Source: an uncultured virus (IMG/VR IMGVR_UViG_3300035661_004061) (Duplodnaviria > Heunggongvirae > Uroviricota > Caudoviricetes). From it: a stretch of 64,000 nt of DNA. Below the pieces are notes generated by a model. That model saw only the letters and a program-made list of their open reading frames with translations. It was not told the origin of the DNA and made no database searches. Each line of letters starts with the position of its first letter. Within the stretch, counting starts at the first letter, position 1. The DNA is taken from the IMG/VR virus record IMGVR_UViG_3300035661_004061; one strand, 5' to 3'. A program made the position numbers and the translations under genes. Of the stretch, positions 51,274 to 60,307 are shown piece by piece.

Positions 51274-52263
51274 TTAAGAGATAGTAGAAAATATTTCTTG
51301 ATATTTTTTTAACATTTTTTTAAAATCAATAAAATTTTCTTTTTTATCTAAATAAGTAATTAAATTTTGTTGATACAATTCATAATTATTTAAAAATAAT
51401 TGAAAATCTTTTTCTAATATTTTTTGTTTTAATTCTGGGATTTTTTCTTCAAACATAATGTTCAAATTATCATTTGTATATGAACCAAAATTTTCTTTTA
51501 CTATTTCAGAAACCCCACCACTATTTGCATAAAATACAGGTAATCCACAATTGATTGCATTACAAACAGTTTTAGGACAAGCATCCTTATAAGATAAATT
51601 TATTAAAAAATCACATTTATTATAAATTTCATTTATTATTTCTTTTTCTTTTATATATCCATAAGAAATATATTTTATATCATTTATTTTTTCATCTAAC
51701 GTTCCAATAATATGTAAAGTTATATTATTTTCAATTAAAATATTTTTTAATTTTAAAATATCATTTAATCGTTTTTCTTCTCTTTTCCAATCTGTAGCAA
51801 TAATTAAAGCATTTAATGGTTTATTATTAAAAAATTCTTTCTTTTTAAAAAAATTAGGATTAGTAAAATTATTAATGACTATACTATTTTTAATTTTTAA
51901 TTCAGGATACAATCCTTTTAAAGAATTTTTAGAAAATTCTGAAATAAAAGAAACTATATTAGCATCACAAGCTGATTGATTTAATAATTCATTTCTATAT
52001 TTTAAATCATTTTGAAAAAATATTCCGTCCATTCTTTTTATATAAATTTTATTAGGATATAAATTGGGTAAATATTCTTCTTCATAATAAAATATATCAT
52101 TTGTAAATATTATATCAGCATTTTCTGGTGAAGATAATATGATAAAATTATTAAGTTTCAAATATTCTTTAATGTCAAAAACATTTTCATTTTCAACAAC
52201 ACCACCAAAACCTCTATTTAATGGTCTTTTTTTTGAATTTGAAGAATCATAAATTTTTATCAT
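51274..52263 (-). CDS. Glycosyltransferase family 4 (GT-B)
   Basis: KRMDG, FISEFSK, EKRL, DACPKTVCNAINCGLPVFYANSGGVSEIV. Confidence 0.85.
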   Translation of the reverse strand: MIKIYDSSNSKKRPLNRGFGGVVENENVFDIKEYLKLNNFIILSSPENADIIFTNDIFYYEEEYLPNLYPNKIYIKRMDGIFFQNDLKYRNELLNQSACDANIVSFISEFSKNSLKGLYPELKIKNSIVINNFTNPNFFKKKEFFNNKPLNALIIATDWKREEKRLNDILKLKNILIENNITLHIIGTLDEKINDIKYISYGYIKEKEIINEIYNKCDFLINLSYKDACPKTVCNAINCGLPVFYANSGGVSEIVKENFGSYTNDNLNIMFEEKIPELKQKILEKDFQLFLNNYELYQQNLITYLDKKENFIDFKKMLKKYQEIFSTIS

Positions 52264-52276
52264 TTTTTTCCCTAAA

Positions 52277-52738
52277 TTAATTTTTTATATTGATTAAAAC
52301 TTCCATTTTATTAACTTTTATTTTTTTAATTTTGTATAATTTATAATAGTTTAATAATTTAGCAATCATTATTCTATGATTACCATCCATATTAAAAGCC
52401 TTGTTATCCATTCTAATTATTTTAACATCTTCATATTCATTATTTAAAACTTTATTAATTATTATTTTAAAATATTCTTCATCTCTTTTATTAAATAAAT
52501 GTTTAAATATTTCACCATATTCTAAATTATAAAATTTAGAATGAATTGAACATATGATGTTTTTTAATTTATAATCGTTATTTTTAAGCTTATTATTTTC
52601 TTTCTTTGATTTGTTTTTACATTTTTTTTTAGTCTTTTTTATTGCATATTTCAATGGATTATTCATTTTTTTATAAAAAATAGAAGGATTGTCTTTCAAT
52701 ATATTTAAGTATGTAAAATCTTCAATATTTGTTATCAT
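52277..52738 (-). CDS. ParB/Sulfiredoxin-like domain protein
   Basis: MDGNHRIMIAKLL motif. Confidence 0.5.
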   Translation of the reverse strand: MITNIEDFTYLNILKDNPSIFYKKMNNPLKYAIKKTKKKCKNKSKKENNKLKNNDYKLKNIICSIHSKFYNLEYGEIFKHLFNKRDEEYFKIIINKVLNNEYEDVKIIRMDNKAFNMDGNHRIMIAKLLNYYKLYKIKKIKVNKMEVLINIKN

Positions 52739-53025
52739 TAATCTTCTTTTTTGAATTTATATCCAAGATCTTTTAAATATTCTATTCCTTCAGAAGTCAC
52801 GAAATAATAATTCATACCAATAGATTCACCTTTTACAGCTAAATTTTTCAAAACTAAATCGTCCCATTCATTACATTGTGAAATTTGATAATAATTTCTA
52901 TAAGAATTTAATTTTGGTCTATAAACTTTATTAGGAATAGTATTTTTACCACTTTTACTATAAGAAATACCTAACGCATGTTTCATTTTATAAATTTGAG
53001 AATCGGAAATTTCAATAGTATTCAT
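52738..53025 (-). CDS. Hypothetical phage-type protein
   Basis: MKHALG..YRNYY..WDDLV..YFVTSEGIEYL; TAATG overlap with the next gene. Confidence 0.65.
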   Translation of the reverse strand: MNTIEISDSQIYKMKHALGISYSKSGKNTIPNKVYRPKLNSYRNYYQISQCNEWDDLVLKNLAVKGESIGMNYYFVTSEGIEYLKDLGYKFKKED

Positions 53026-53214
53026 TTTTATAATTCCTTATTATTAATTTCATTTTCAATGATGTCTAAATTTTCTGTAATATCACGAATAGTTTGCTTA
53101 ATTTCTTTTACAATCCGATTATAAAAATCTTTGTTGAAGTTCTTCAATCATCCATTCTAAATTTTTTTAAAGATTTATTTATTGTTGCATTCATATTTTT
53201 TTCTTTTGATAAAA

Positions 53215-54231
53215 TTATTTTTGTAAATCTTTAACTTTATTGTTATAATCTATACAAACATCCAAACAATTTTTCTTACATATTTCATTACAATGTGTAT
53301 CATTGTTATTTACCCATTCTTCTCTTTCTTTTCTAATTTTTGTAATAGCTTCTTCTGGTGATAAACTATAATCAATTTGTCCAATTTCTTTTCCTTGTTC
53401 TCGCAAGAAAATAATACAAGGGAAATGTTTTCCATTTAATATAGCCATATCATCTAACATTAATGGACATTTATTATTATCTTTTTCTTCCAATCCACGA
53501 ACATGAATACCGTTTTTAAAATGGTTTATTCTATAACTTAAAATAGGGTGTCTATCTAAATATTTTTGTTCAATTTCAATATTTTTGAATTTTTCATTCC
53601 ATTGAGCACTAGATAAAATTCTAATATCTGAAACTTTTAATTCATCCGAAGCAAAAGCTATTAGATCTTTAAATTCCTGAACATTACTCTCTGTAAATAC
53701 TACTCCAACTGTAACATAAGTTAAAGCTGATAAAGTTTTAATGTTTTCTACAACTTTTTCCCAAGAACCTTTAATTCCACCAGCCATTTTATCACCAATT
53801 TCTGCGCAACACGCATCTAATGAAATTGAAAAATCATTAACACCAGCTTCGTATAGTTCTAAATATTTTTTAGTTGGAATTGAACCGTTTGTTGATAATG
53901 CTATTCTTTGAATACCTTTTTCTTTTGTATATTTGATTAAGTCTACTAATGTTTTCCCAGCTTTTCTATCAACCCATAAAGTAGGTTCTCCTCCAGAAAA
54001 ACGAACATTATGCAAATTATTTGCACTCCACATATCAACAACAAATTTTGCTTGTTCCCAAGATATAGAACCACAATTTTCCTTTTCAATACCTCTGCAA
54101 TAAGGACATTTAAAATTACACAAATCTGTTAATATTAATTCACAACGCCAAAGGTCTGTTGTAACAGAAACATTTTTAGCTCTTTCGTCTTCTAATGTAT
54201 AAAATCCTATATTTTCTAATTTATCTATCAT
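53215..54231 (-). CDS. Radical SAM protein
   Basis: CNFKCPYC, FSGGEPT, LSTNG, SISLD; Cys-rich C-terminus (CPL..PCIIFLRE..CNEICKKNCLDVC). Confidence 0.93.
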   Translation of the reverse strand: MIDKLENIGFYTLEDERAKNVSVTTDLWRCELILTDLCNFKCPYCRGIEKENCGSISWEQAKFVVDMWSANNLHNVRFSGGEPTLWVDRKAGKTLVDLIKYTKEKGIQRIALSTNGSIPTKKYLELYEAGVNDFSISLDACCAEIGDKMAGGIKGSWEKVVENIKTLSALTYVTVGVVFTESNVQEFKDLIAFASDELKVSDIRILSSAQWNEKFKNIEIEQKYLDRHPILSYRINHFKNGIHVRGLEEKDNNKCPLMLDDMAILNGKHFPCIIFLREQGKEIGQIDYSLSPEEAITKIRKEREEWVNNNDTHCNEICKKNCLDVCIDYNNKVKDLQK

Positions 54232-54330
54232 TTTTATCCTTTTAAATTATGTAATTTCAATAATAATATTTATTTTATTATAACATATTTTTCTAAAAAT
54301 ATATAATTATTTTTAAAAATTTGAACAATC

Positions 54331-54963
54331 TTAAAAAATTATAGATTGTTCTTTTTGATTTTCTTCCCATTCTTTTTGATAAGTATTTTTTAATTTATCT
54401 AAAAAAGATAAGGTTTTAATTTTACTCATCCATAAATTATGTCCTGAACTGCCTTTGCAAACAACACCTTCATTTAATTTACCATCAACATTTTGTCGAA
54501 CTTCTTCTATATATTGTTGATTAAATCTTACATTTCCTAAAAATTCAGCTGAAAAATCTAAATCACCAAATAATTTAAGAAAATCTTTTGGGCTAATTAT
54601 CCCCCTTTTAATAATATGAACATCAAATAAAACCAATCGTTTTATATCATCTTTATTGTGAAAACCAGCAAAACTTTTATCTCCAAGATATTCTGTAAAA
54701 ATTACAACTTTATCTTGTCTATAATTATCCACTAAAATTTTAGAAATTTTTTCTTCATAATTATTTTTAAATAATTCTACTGCATCACCAAATTGTTCAT
54801 CCGTATGATCAAACATTCTTTTTCTTGTTCCAAATTTATAAAAACCATTTTTTTTATTCCATTCCCAACGAAGATTAGATCCATCATATTTATAAAATGA
54901 ATATGCATCTTTTCCTAAATTTCTATTTCTATTAATACCGTCTATTGAATTATAAGTTATCAT
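54331..54963 (-). CDS. Rnl2-like RNA/DNA ligase nucleotidyltransferase domain
   Basis: KYDGSN motif I, FTEYLG, LFDV, EGVVCK, KIKT. Confidence 0.7.
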   Translation of the reverse strand: MITYNSIDGINRNRNLGKDAYSFYKYDGSNLRWEWNKKNGFYKFGTRKRMFDHTDEQFGDAVELFKNNYEEKISKILVDNYRQDKVVIFTEYLGDKSFAGFHNKDDIKRLVLFDVHIIKRGIISPKDFLKLFGDLDFSAEFLGNVRFNQQYIEEVRQNVDGKLNEGVVCKGSSGHNLWMSKIKTLSFLDKLKNTYQKEWEENQKEQSIIF

Positions 54964-55556
54964 TTTATTTCCTTGATTATTTTTAAAGCTTTTGCTTTAT
55001 TAATTCCGTGTTTTGCACACAACTGTCTTATATTTTTATTTTCAGATTTATTTAATATATTTTCTCTTTTATCAAGTTCTTTTTTAATTTCTTTGATATG
55101 AGTAATATTTTCTAATCCATAAGGTATTAATAAATCTTCTTCAAATCTATAAACTTTATACCATTTTAAAAGTTGTTTAGTATTGATTAATTTCAAATCA
55201 ATTTTTCTTTTATTTATTTCTTTTATCATTGTTTTTAATCTAAAAACAGAATCACCATATGAAATAAATATTTTCTTTTTTCTTTTGTTTGATTTATTTC
55301 TTACGTCATAAAAAGAATCTAAATTTATATAATGATAATTATTATATAAATTAATTAATTGTTGATTCTTCATTTCATCAAATTTAATTTCTCTAATTTT
55401 AAGTTCTTCCAATAATAAATTTCTTGTAGTATAAACATAACTTTTATTTTCAAAAGGATATATTTTTCCATTAAAATCATTTATATTTGTTTGTTCAAAC
55501 CATTTTAATAAATTGAAAAGTGTTGAGTTTTTTAATGTAATTGTTGTTTCTTCCAT
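54960..55556 (-). CDS. Hypothetical protein
   Basis: AAGGA RBS; ATGA overlap with the ligase-like gene; repeated TRNLL/TKQLL..ELKIRE/ELDKRE motif. Confidence 0.6.
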   Translation of the reverse strand: MEETTITLKNSTLFNLLKWFEQTNINDFNGKIYPFENKSYVYTTRNLLLEELKIREIKFDEMKNQQLINLYNNYHYINLDSFYDVRNKSNKRKKKIFISYGDSVFRLKTMIKEINKRKIDLKLINTKQLLKWYKVYRFEEDLLIPYGLENITHIKEIKKELDKRENILNKSENKNIRQLCAKHGINKAKALKIIKEIK

Positions 55557-55860
55557 AAAATATCCTTTAAAATTATATAAGTAAAATTAAGATATTATGA
55601 AAATATCTCACAGCATTATTAATAAATAATAATCAAATGAGATGGATTATGCAGAAATAAATAGAACAGTCTATGCAGTTGTCTTTATTTTAAAATCATA
55701 TCAATTGATTATTTTAAAAAACAGTAACTTCTTGCATGACAAATCCTTTATGTTAATATGTTGTTATTATACATTTTTTTTTCTTAAAAACAAATAAAAA
55801 TAATAAATTAAATATAAATATCTTTTTAAAAATTAAAAATTTGGTAATTTTCTAAAATTA

Positions 55861-55869
55861 TGTTATAAT
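55861..55869 (+). promoter_or_regulatory. Extended -10 promoter of the cold-shock gene (long 5' UTR)
   Basis: TGTTATAAT about 160 nt upstream of the ATG, consistent with csp-type long leaders. Confidence 0.5.
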
Positions 55870-56030
55870 ATCAATATTGAAAGATGGTTTATATTATGTT
55901 CATCTTTGTTTAAATTTTTATTTTTATTTAGTTTCTGCTAATTTCTATACAAACTTCTACAAACTATACATTAAAAAGATTTTTTTTTCAATCATTTCAA
56001 AAGAAATGCAATTCATATACAAGGTTTAAA

Positions 56031-56249
56031 ATGGCAGAAATTCTAAATGGTTCAGTAAAATGGTTTAATAGTGAAAAAGGTTTTGGTTTTATAACACAAG
56101 ACAATGGTGGAAAAGATATATTTGTTCATTATAAACAAGTTAAAACAAATGGTTATGGTCGTGTTGAATTACAAGAAGGACAAAAAGTTGCTTATTCAGT
56201 AGGAAAAGGAGATAAAGGTCCTGTTGCTGAAAACGTAACTCTAATTTAA
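56031..56249 (+). CDS. cspA: Cold-shock protein
   Basis: GSVKWFNSEKGFGFI, DIFVHY, LQEGQKV, GPVAENV. Confidence 0.96.
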   Translation: MAEILNGSVKWFNSEKGFGFITQDNGGKDIFVHYKQVKTNGYGRVELQEGQKVAYSVGKGDKGPVAENVTLI

Positions 56250-56441
56250 TTTTTTATTTATATATCACTTTTAATATTTAAAAGTTGATATATAAAATCT
56301 CTTATAACTTCCTAAACAACAAAATTTTTAATCAAATCTCCCTTTACTATTTTATAATTCTAAAAAAATGATATTTTTAGATATAATTACTTTATAAAAT
56401 AAAAATTTTATAAAATAAAATTTGAAATAAAAAGGAATATA

Positions 56442-57210
56442 ATGAAAATAAGAAATAATAGAATGTTCACATAAACCTTTTAACAATTTAAAAGAATTAA
56501 ATAATGAAATTTATTCTAAATTTAAAATTGAAAATACAAAAATAAAAATAAATAGTAATGAAAATTTCAAATTATTAAATAATTTCATATTAAATGAAGA
56601 AATAGATGTTTTAAATGATTTTATTAATAATAAAGAAATGATTCCATTAGGTATAGATGGATATAATGAAAATTATAAAGATGGAGATAAAATAGGAAGT
56701 TATAGAATGTCTTTTTATGAAGAACATTTATCTAATTTGTTATTTTTAAGGTTAAAACCATATTTAAATTCTATATATGAATTTAATAACTTAACAACTG
56801 ATAATGGAAATAGTAAATATTGGAAACCTGTAGGTATTAATCCATTATTTAGAGTAATAAGATATTCAAAAGATGGTTTTTTAATACCTCATTATGATTT
56901 TCCATATGCTTTTGATGATAATAAAAGAACATTGATAACAATGGTTATATATTTAAACGATACTGAAAAAAATAAAGGTGGAAAAACAAGATTTTTAAAA
57001 GATCCTCAAGAAAATATTTTAATTCAAAACAGAGATTTGAATGATAAACCAGAATTATTGAATAATACAGAGATATTAGATAGTATATCTCCTACAAAAG
57101 GACAAGTTTTATTATTTCCACATAGATTATTACATGATTCTGAAATATATATTGGTAACAAAAATAAAACAATAATAAGAACAGATATTGTATTTGAAAG
57201 GGTTTTTTAA
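56442..57210 (+). CDS. 2OG-Fe(II) oxygenase (prolyl-hydroxylase-like), apparent 1-nt frameshift just after the start
   Basis: FRVIRY..PHYD..VIYLND..GGKTRF..LFPH..HDS..IIRTD; frame open from 56452; AAGGA plus ATG at 56442 is one base out of frame. Confidence 0.85.
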
Positions 57211-57213
57211 TTA

Positions 57214-57744
57214 ATGAAAAATTTTTCAATAGAATTTGGACATTTTTATGCTGATACAAAACCTCATAAAAAACATAATAAAATATTAAAAGAAATTATT
57301 TCTAATATAGATAATTATGAAATTAATATATTTATAGATAATTATAATGTTGACAAAAACAATCAAATATTTCATTCGATTGAAGATATCAAAAATTTTT
57401 ATTTAATTGAAGGTATTATTGTAAATAATATTCATTTTGAAAATGATATGTCTAAAAATGCTAAAATTATTTTAGAAAATTTAGGTAGATTTAATAATAA
57501 AAAAGATAAAATATATTATAAGGATATTCTTTTATATGATTTTAAGAAAAATAAGTATAGTTGTTCTTTATTAAGTTCAGTTTATTATTTAATAAGACTA
57601 GGAATAATAGAAGATATAAATTATAAAAAATCAAAACAAATTATAAATATATTAGATGAAAAATATAAAAATGTGGAAGAAAAAACCTTATTAATATGTC
57701 AAAACTTTGTAGATTTGAAAAGGATTAAAAATATATATGTTTAA
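57214..57744 (+). CDS. HUP/class-I-synthetase-like protein (SCO2522-like motifs)
   Basis: SIEFGHFY, IFIDNY, YSCSLLSSVYYLIRLG, ILDEKYKNVEEK; family resemblance is from memory. Confidence 0.45.
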   Translation: MKNFSIEFGHFYADTKPHKKHNKILKEIISNIDNYEINIFIDNYNVDKNNQIFHSIEDIKNFYLIEGIIVNNIHFENDMSKNAKIILENLGRFNNKKDKIYYKDILLYDFKKNKYSCSLLSSVYYLIRLGIIEDINYKKSKQIINILDEKYKNVEEKTLLICQNFVDLKRIKNIYV

Positions 57745-59239
57745 ACATTTAAATACAGATATATATTATTCTAAATTATTAGAAACTACAAATGATGAAG
57801 ATATTCTTTTGAAAGCTGGATATATTGATGAAAATTTTATTTTAAATGAAAAAGAAATAAATAAATTATATACACCTATAAATAAATTAAAAAAAATTAA
57901 ATCTTCTTCGCCAATAGTTTTGGTTTCAACAGGTGCGTTTAACCCAATTCATGAAGGTCATATAAAAATGATGGAATTAGCAGAAGAAAAATTAATTCAA
58001 GAAGGGTATGAAGTTATAGGAGGATATTTTTCATTTGCACATGATAGTTATGTTAAAACAAAAGTCTATAAAGATTATGAAATTTTAAAAAGATTTGGTA
58101 AAAGTATAGAAATTATATCAAATTCAAAATATTCTTTTTCTTTATTTTGTGCTGTCTGTATCGATTTTGATATAAATTTTACAAAAGTAATTAATTATTT
58201 TGAAAAATATTTACAAAAATATGTAAATAAAAATATTAAAGTATGTTATGTATACGGAAGTGATAATAAAAATTTTAGACATCTTTTTAATTGTAATGAT
58301 ACTTTATTATTTTGTTGTGTTTCAAGACCAAATTATCAATTAGAAAAAACATTTAAAAATGTTTTAAATGTTTATAAATATAGTTTAGAAAAATCTTCTA
58401 CCGAAATAAGAGAAAATTCAAAATTAAATATAGAAGAATCCAAAAATAATAAAATTCAAAAAATTTATTTAAAAGACGACGGATTTTACAGTTTATTGGA
58501 TTTAAAATTAAAAGATAATAATATATATTATGAAAATTTTAAAAATGATATGTATTTATTATTTAAAAATTATTTTAATGAAGTAGAAATCATTCATCAT
58601 AAATTTCAAAATTTAGAAAGTAACACAATATCATTAGATGAAATCGAAAATCGAAAATATAATTTAGAAATAACAAGGGTATTTGAATTAGATTTACATA
58701 ATAAATCTCCTAAATATATTTCTAATAGAATAAATACTAAAAATCTTACTAAACAAATAAATGAAATTAAAAATAATTATTATAACAATGAATTTTATTT
58801 ATATGATGACGATTCGGCTAGTGGTTTTACAATTTCTTCTATAATTAAAATTTTACAAAAAAATCAAATCAAAATAATTGATTGTAAATTTAATCAAAGT
58901 ATATCATTAAATGAAGATATATGTGATATCAGAGATTTTTTAATAGGTTCAAAGGGTTCTGGATTAACAATTAAACATAAAAATAAAAAATATAAATTAC
59001 CTTATATATTTCCATTTGTAAATTTGAATTATAGAAGTTCTATCGAATATGATAAAATGTTAGAATTTTCTAAAAACATAGTATTATTAAATATAAATTT
59101 TTATCAGAATTTTGATTATAAACTTTATGAAATAAATAAAAATCTATATTACTTTTTTCATAATTTAGGAATTAAAAAAGATATTTCAATGATTGATTTT
59201 CTTTTATATTTAAATACATATTATGAAACAAAAAATTAA
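57737..59239 (+). CDS. NMNAT-like nucleotidyltransferase fused to a PRTase-like domain
   Basis: TGAFNPIHEGH, GGYFSFAHDSYV, YVYGSD, KSSTEIR; C-terminal LYDDDSASGFTI PRPP-binding-like loop. Confidence 0.78.
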   Translation: MFKHLNTDIYYSKLLETTNDEDILLKAGYIDENFILNEKEINKLYTPINKLKKIKSSSPIVLVSTGAFNPIHEGHIKMMELAEEKLIQEGYEVIGGYFSFAHDSYVKTKVYKDYEILKRFGKSIEIISNSKYSFSLFCAVCIDFDINFTKVINYFEKYLQKYVNKNIKVCYVYGSDNKNFRHLFNCNDTLLFCCVSRPNYQLEKTFKNVLNVYKYSLEKSSTEIRENSKLNIEESKNNKIQKIYLKDDGFYSLLDLKLKDNNIYYENFKNDMYLLFKNYFNEVEIIHHKFQNLESNTISLDEIENRKYNLEITRVFELDLHNKSPKYISNRINTKNLTKQINEIKNNYYNNEFYLYDDDSASGFTISSIIKILQKNQIKIIDCKFNQSISLNEDICDIRDFLIGSKGSGLTIKHKNKKYKLPYIFPFVNLNYRSSIEYDKMLEFSKNIVLLNINFYQNFDYKLYEINKNLYYFFHNLGIKKDISMIDFLLYLNTYYETKN

Positions 59240-59302
59240 AAGCTAATATATTGTCTTTTATCGATGTTTAATATTTATAAAAGACAATATATTAGCTTTT
59301 AA
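59236..59302. terminator. 26-bp perfect inverted repeat closing the operon
   Basis: ttaaaagctaatatattgtcttttat - 15-nt loop - ataaaagacaatatattagcttttaa. Confidence 0.7.
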
Positions 59303-59386
59303 AATCAAATATATTAAATTTCGATATTGTTATTTTTCTTTATTTTTATATAATTTATATAAATTTCAAAATAAGGAAACAAATAT

Positions 59387-60064
59387 ATGAAAAATAAAAA
59401 TGTAGTGTTTTTTGATTTTGATAAAACAATAGTAAATATTGATTCATTTTTTGATTTTCTTAAATTTTCTTCAAATAAAGAAATATATTTATTTATATTT
59501 TATAATTTTCCTATATTATTAACTAAATTAATAGGAAAAAATTGGAGATTAAATTTTAAAAATAAACTTTGGGAATATTTTTATGATTTAAATAAAGAAG
59601 AAGTACAAAAATATTGTAATTATTATTTTGAAGAAAATATTGACAAAATATTGCATAAAAATTCAATAGAAACTCTAAAATTATTTAGTGAAAAAGATTT
59701 TGATATTTATATTATTAGTGCAACAGCTAATATATTAATTGAATCTTTTCGAGATATATTAAAAAAGAAATATAACATTAATGTAATAGCTAATGGAAGT
59801 GAATATTATTTTGATAAAAATAATGAAACAAAAATAAATTCTTTAAAAAATTCTGAAAATAAAATAAATATTAAAATTAAAACAAATCATTATGGTAAGA
59901 AAAAAGAAGAAATTATAAATAAAATTATTTTAAACAATGATTATACTTTTAGTTTTGCTTATGGAGATTCCAAAGGTGATAAATATATGTTAAAATGGTG
60001 TGATAAAGGTTATATTGGAAAAGATGTTATGAATAAAGCTATAATTGATATAAAAATTTTTTAA
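59387..60064 (+). CDS. HAD-IB family phosphatase
   Basis: FFDFDKTI, IISA, YGKKK, AYGDSKGDKYML. Confidence 0.9.
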   Translation: MKNKNVVFFDFDKTIVNIDSFFDFLKFSSNKEIYLFIFYNFPILLTKLIGKNWRLNFKNKLWEYFYDLNKEEVQKYCNYYFEENIDKILHKNSIETLKLFSEKDFDIYIISATANILIESFRDILKKKYNINVIANGSEYYFDKNNETKINSLKNSENKINIKIKTNHYGKKKEEIINKIILNNDYTFSFAYGDSKGDKYMLKWCDKGYIGKDVMNKAIIDIKIF

Positions 60065-60137
60065 TTATTCAAAATTTTATTGATATTGATTCTGTAAATG
60101 TCCTTAAATCAATAGATAAAAAGGATTTAAAATAGAA

Positions 60138-60260
60138 TTGAATAATATAAACGTTAAACAGATAGTATTTATTGTATCTTCTTTTATGATAGTTTTTTTA
60201 ATAGGTGTGGTAACAGTAGCGTTTTCAAATTATATAGTTGATTTAACATTTTCCATATGA
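60138..60260 (+). CDS. Possible 40-aa single-TM microprotein
   Basis: TTG start 12 nt after AAGGA; IVFIVSSFMIVFLIGVVTVAF hydrophobic stretch. Confidence 0.35.
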   Translation: MNNINVKQIVFIVSSFMIVFLIGVVTVAFSNYIVDLTFSI

Positions 60261-60307
60261 AATTAAAATAATATTTAGAAAATTTAAAAATCTATATGAA
60301 AATATTT

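Noticed and set aside
4540..56400. Recurring TTAAGATA / TTAGATATAAT intergenic motif as a novel regulator site
   Set aside because: Often abuts TATAAT-like boxes and fits ordinary sigma-70 promoter context in AT-rich DNA; cannot be distinguished from background by eye
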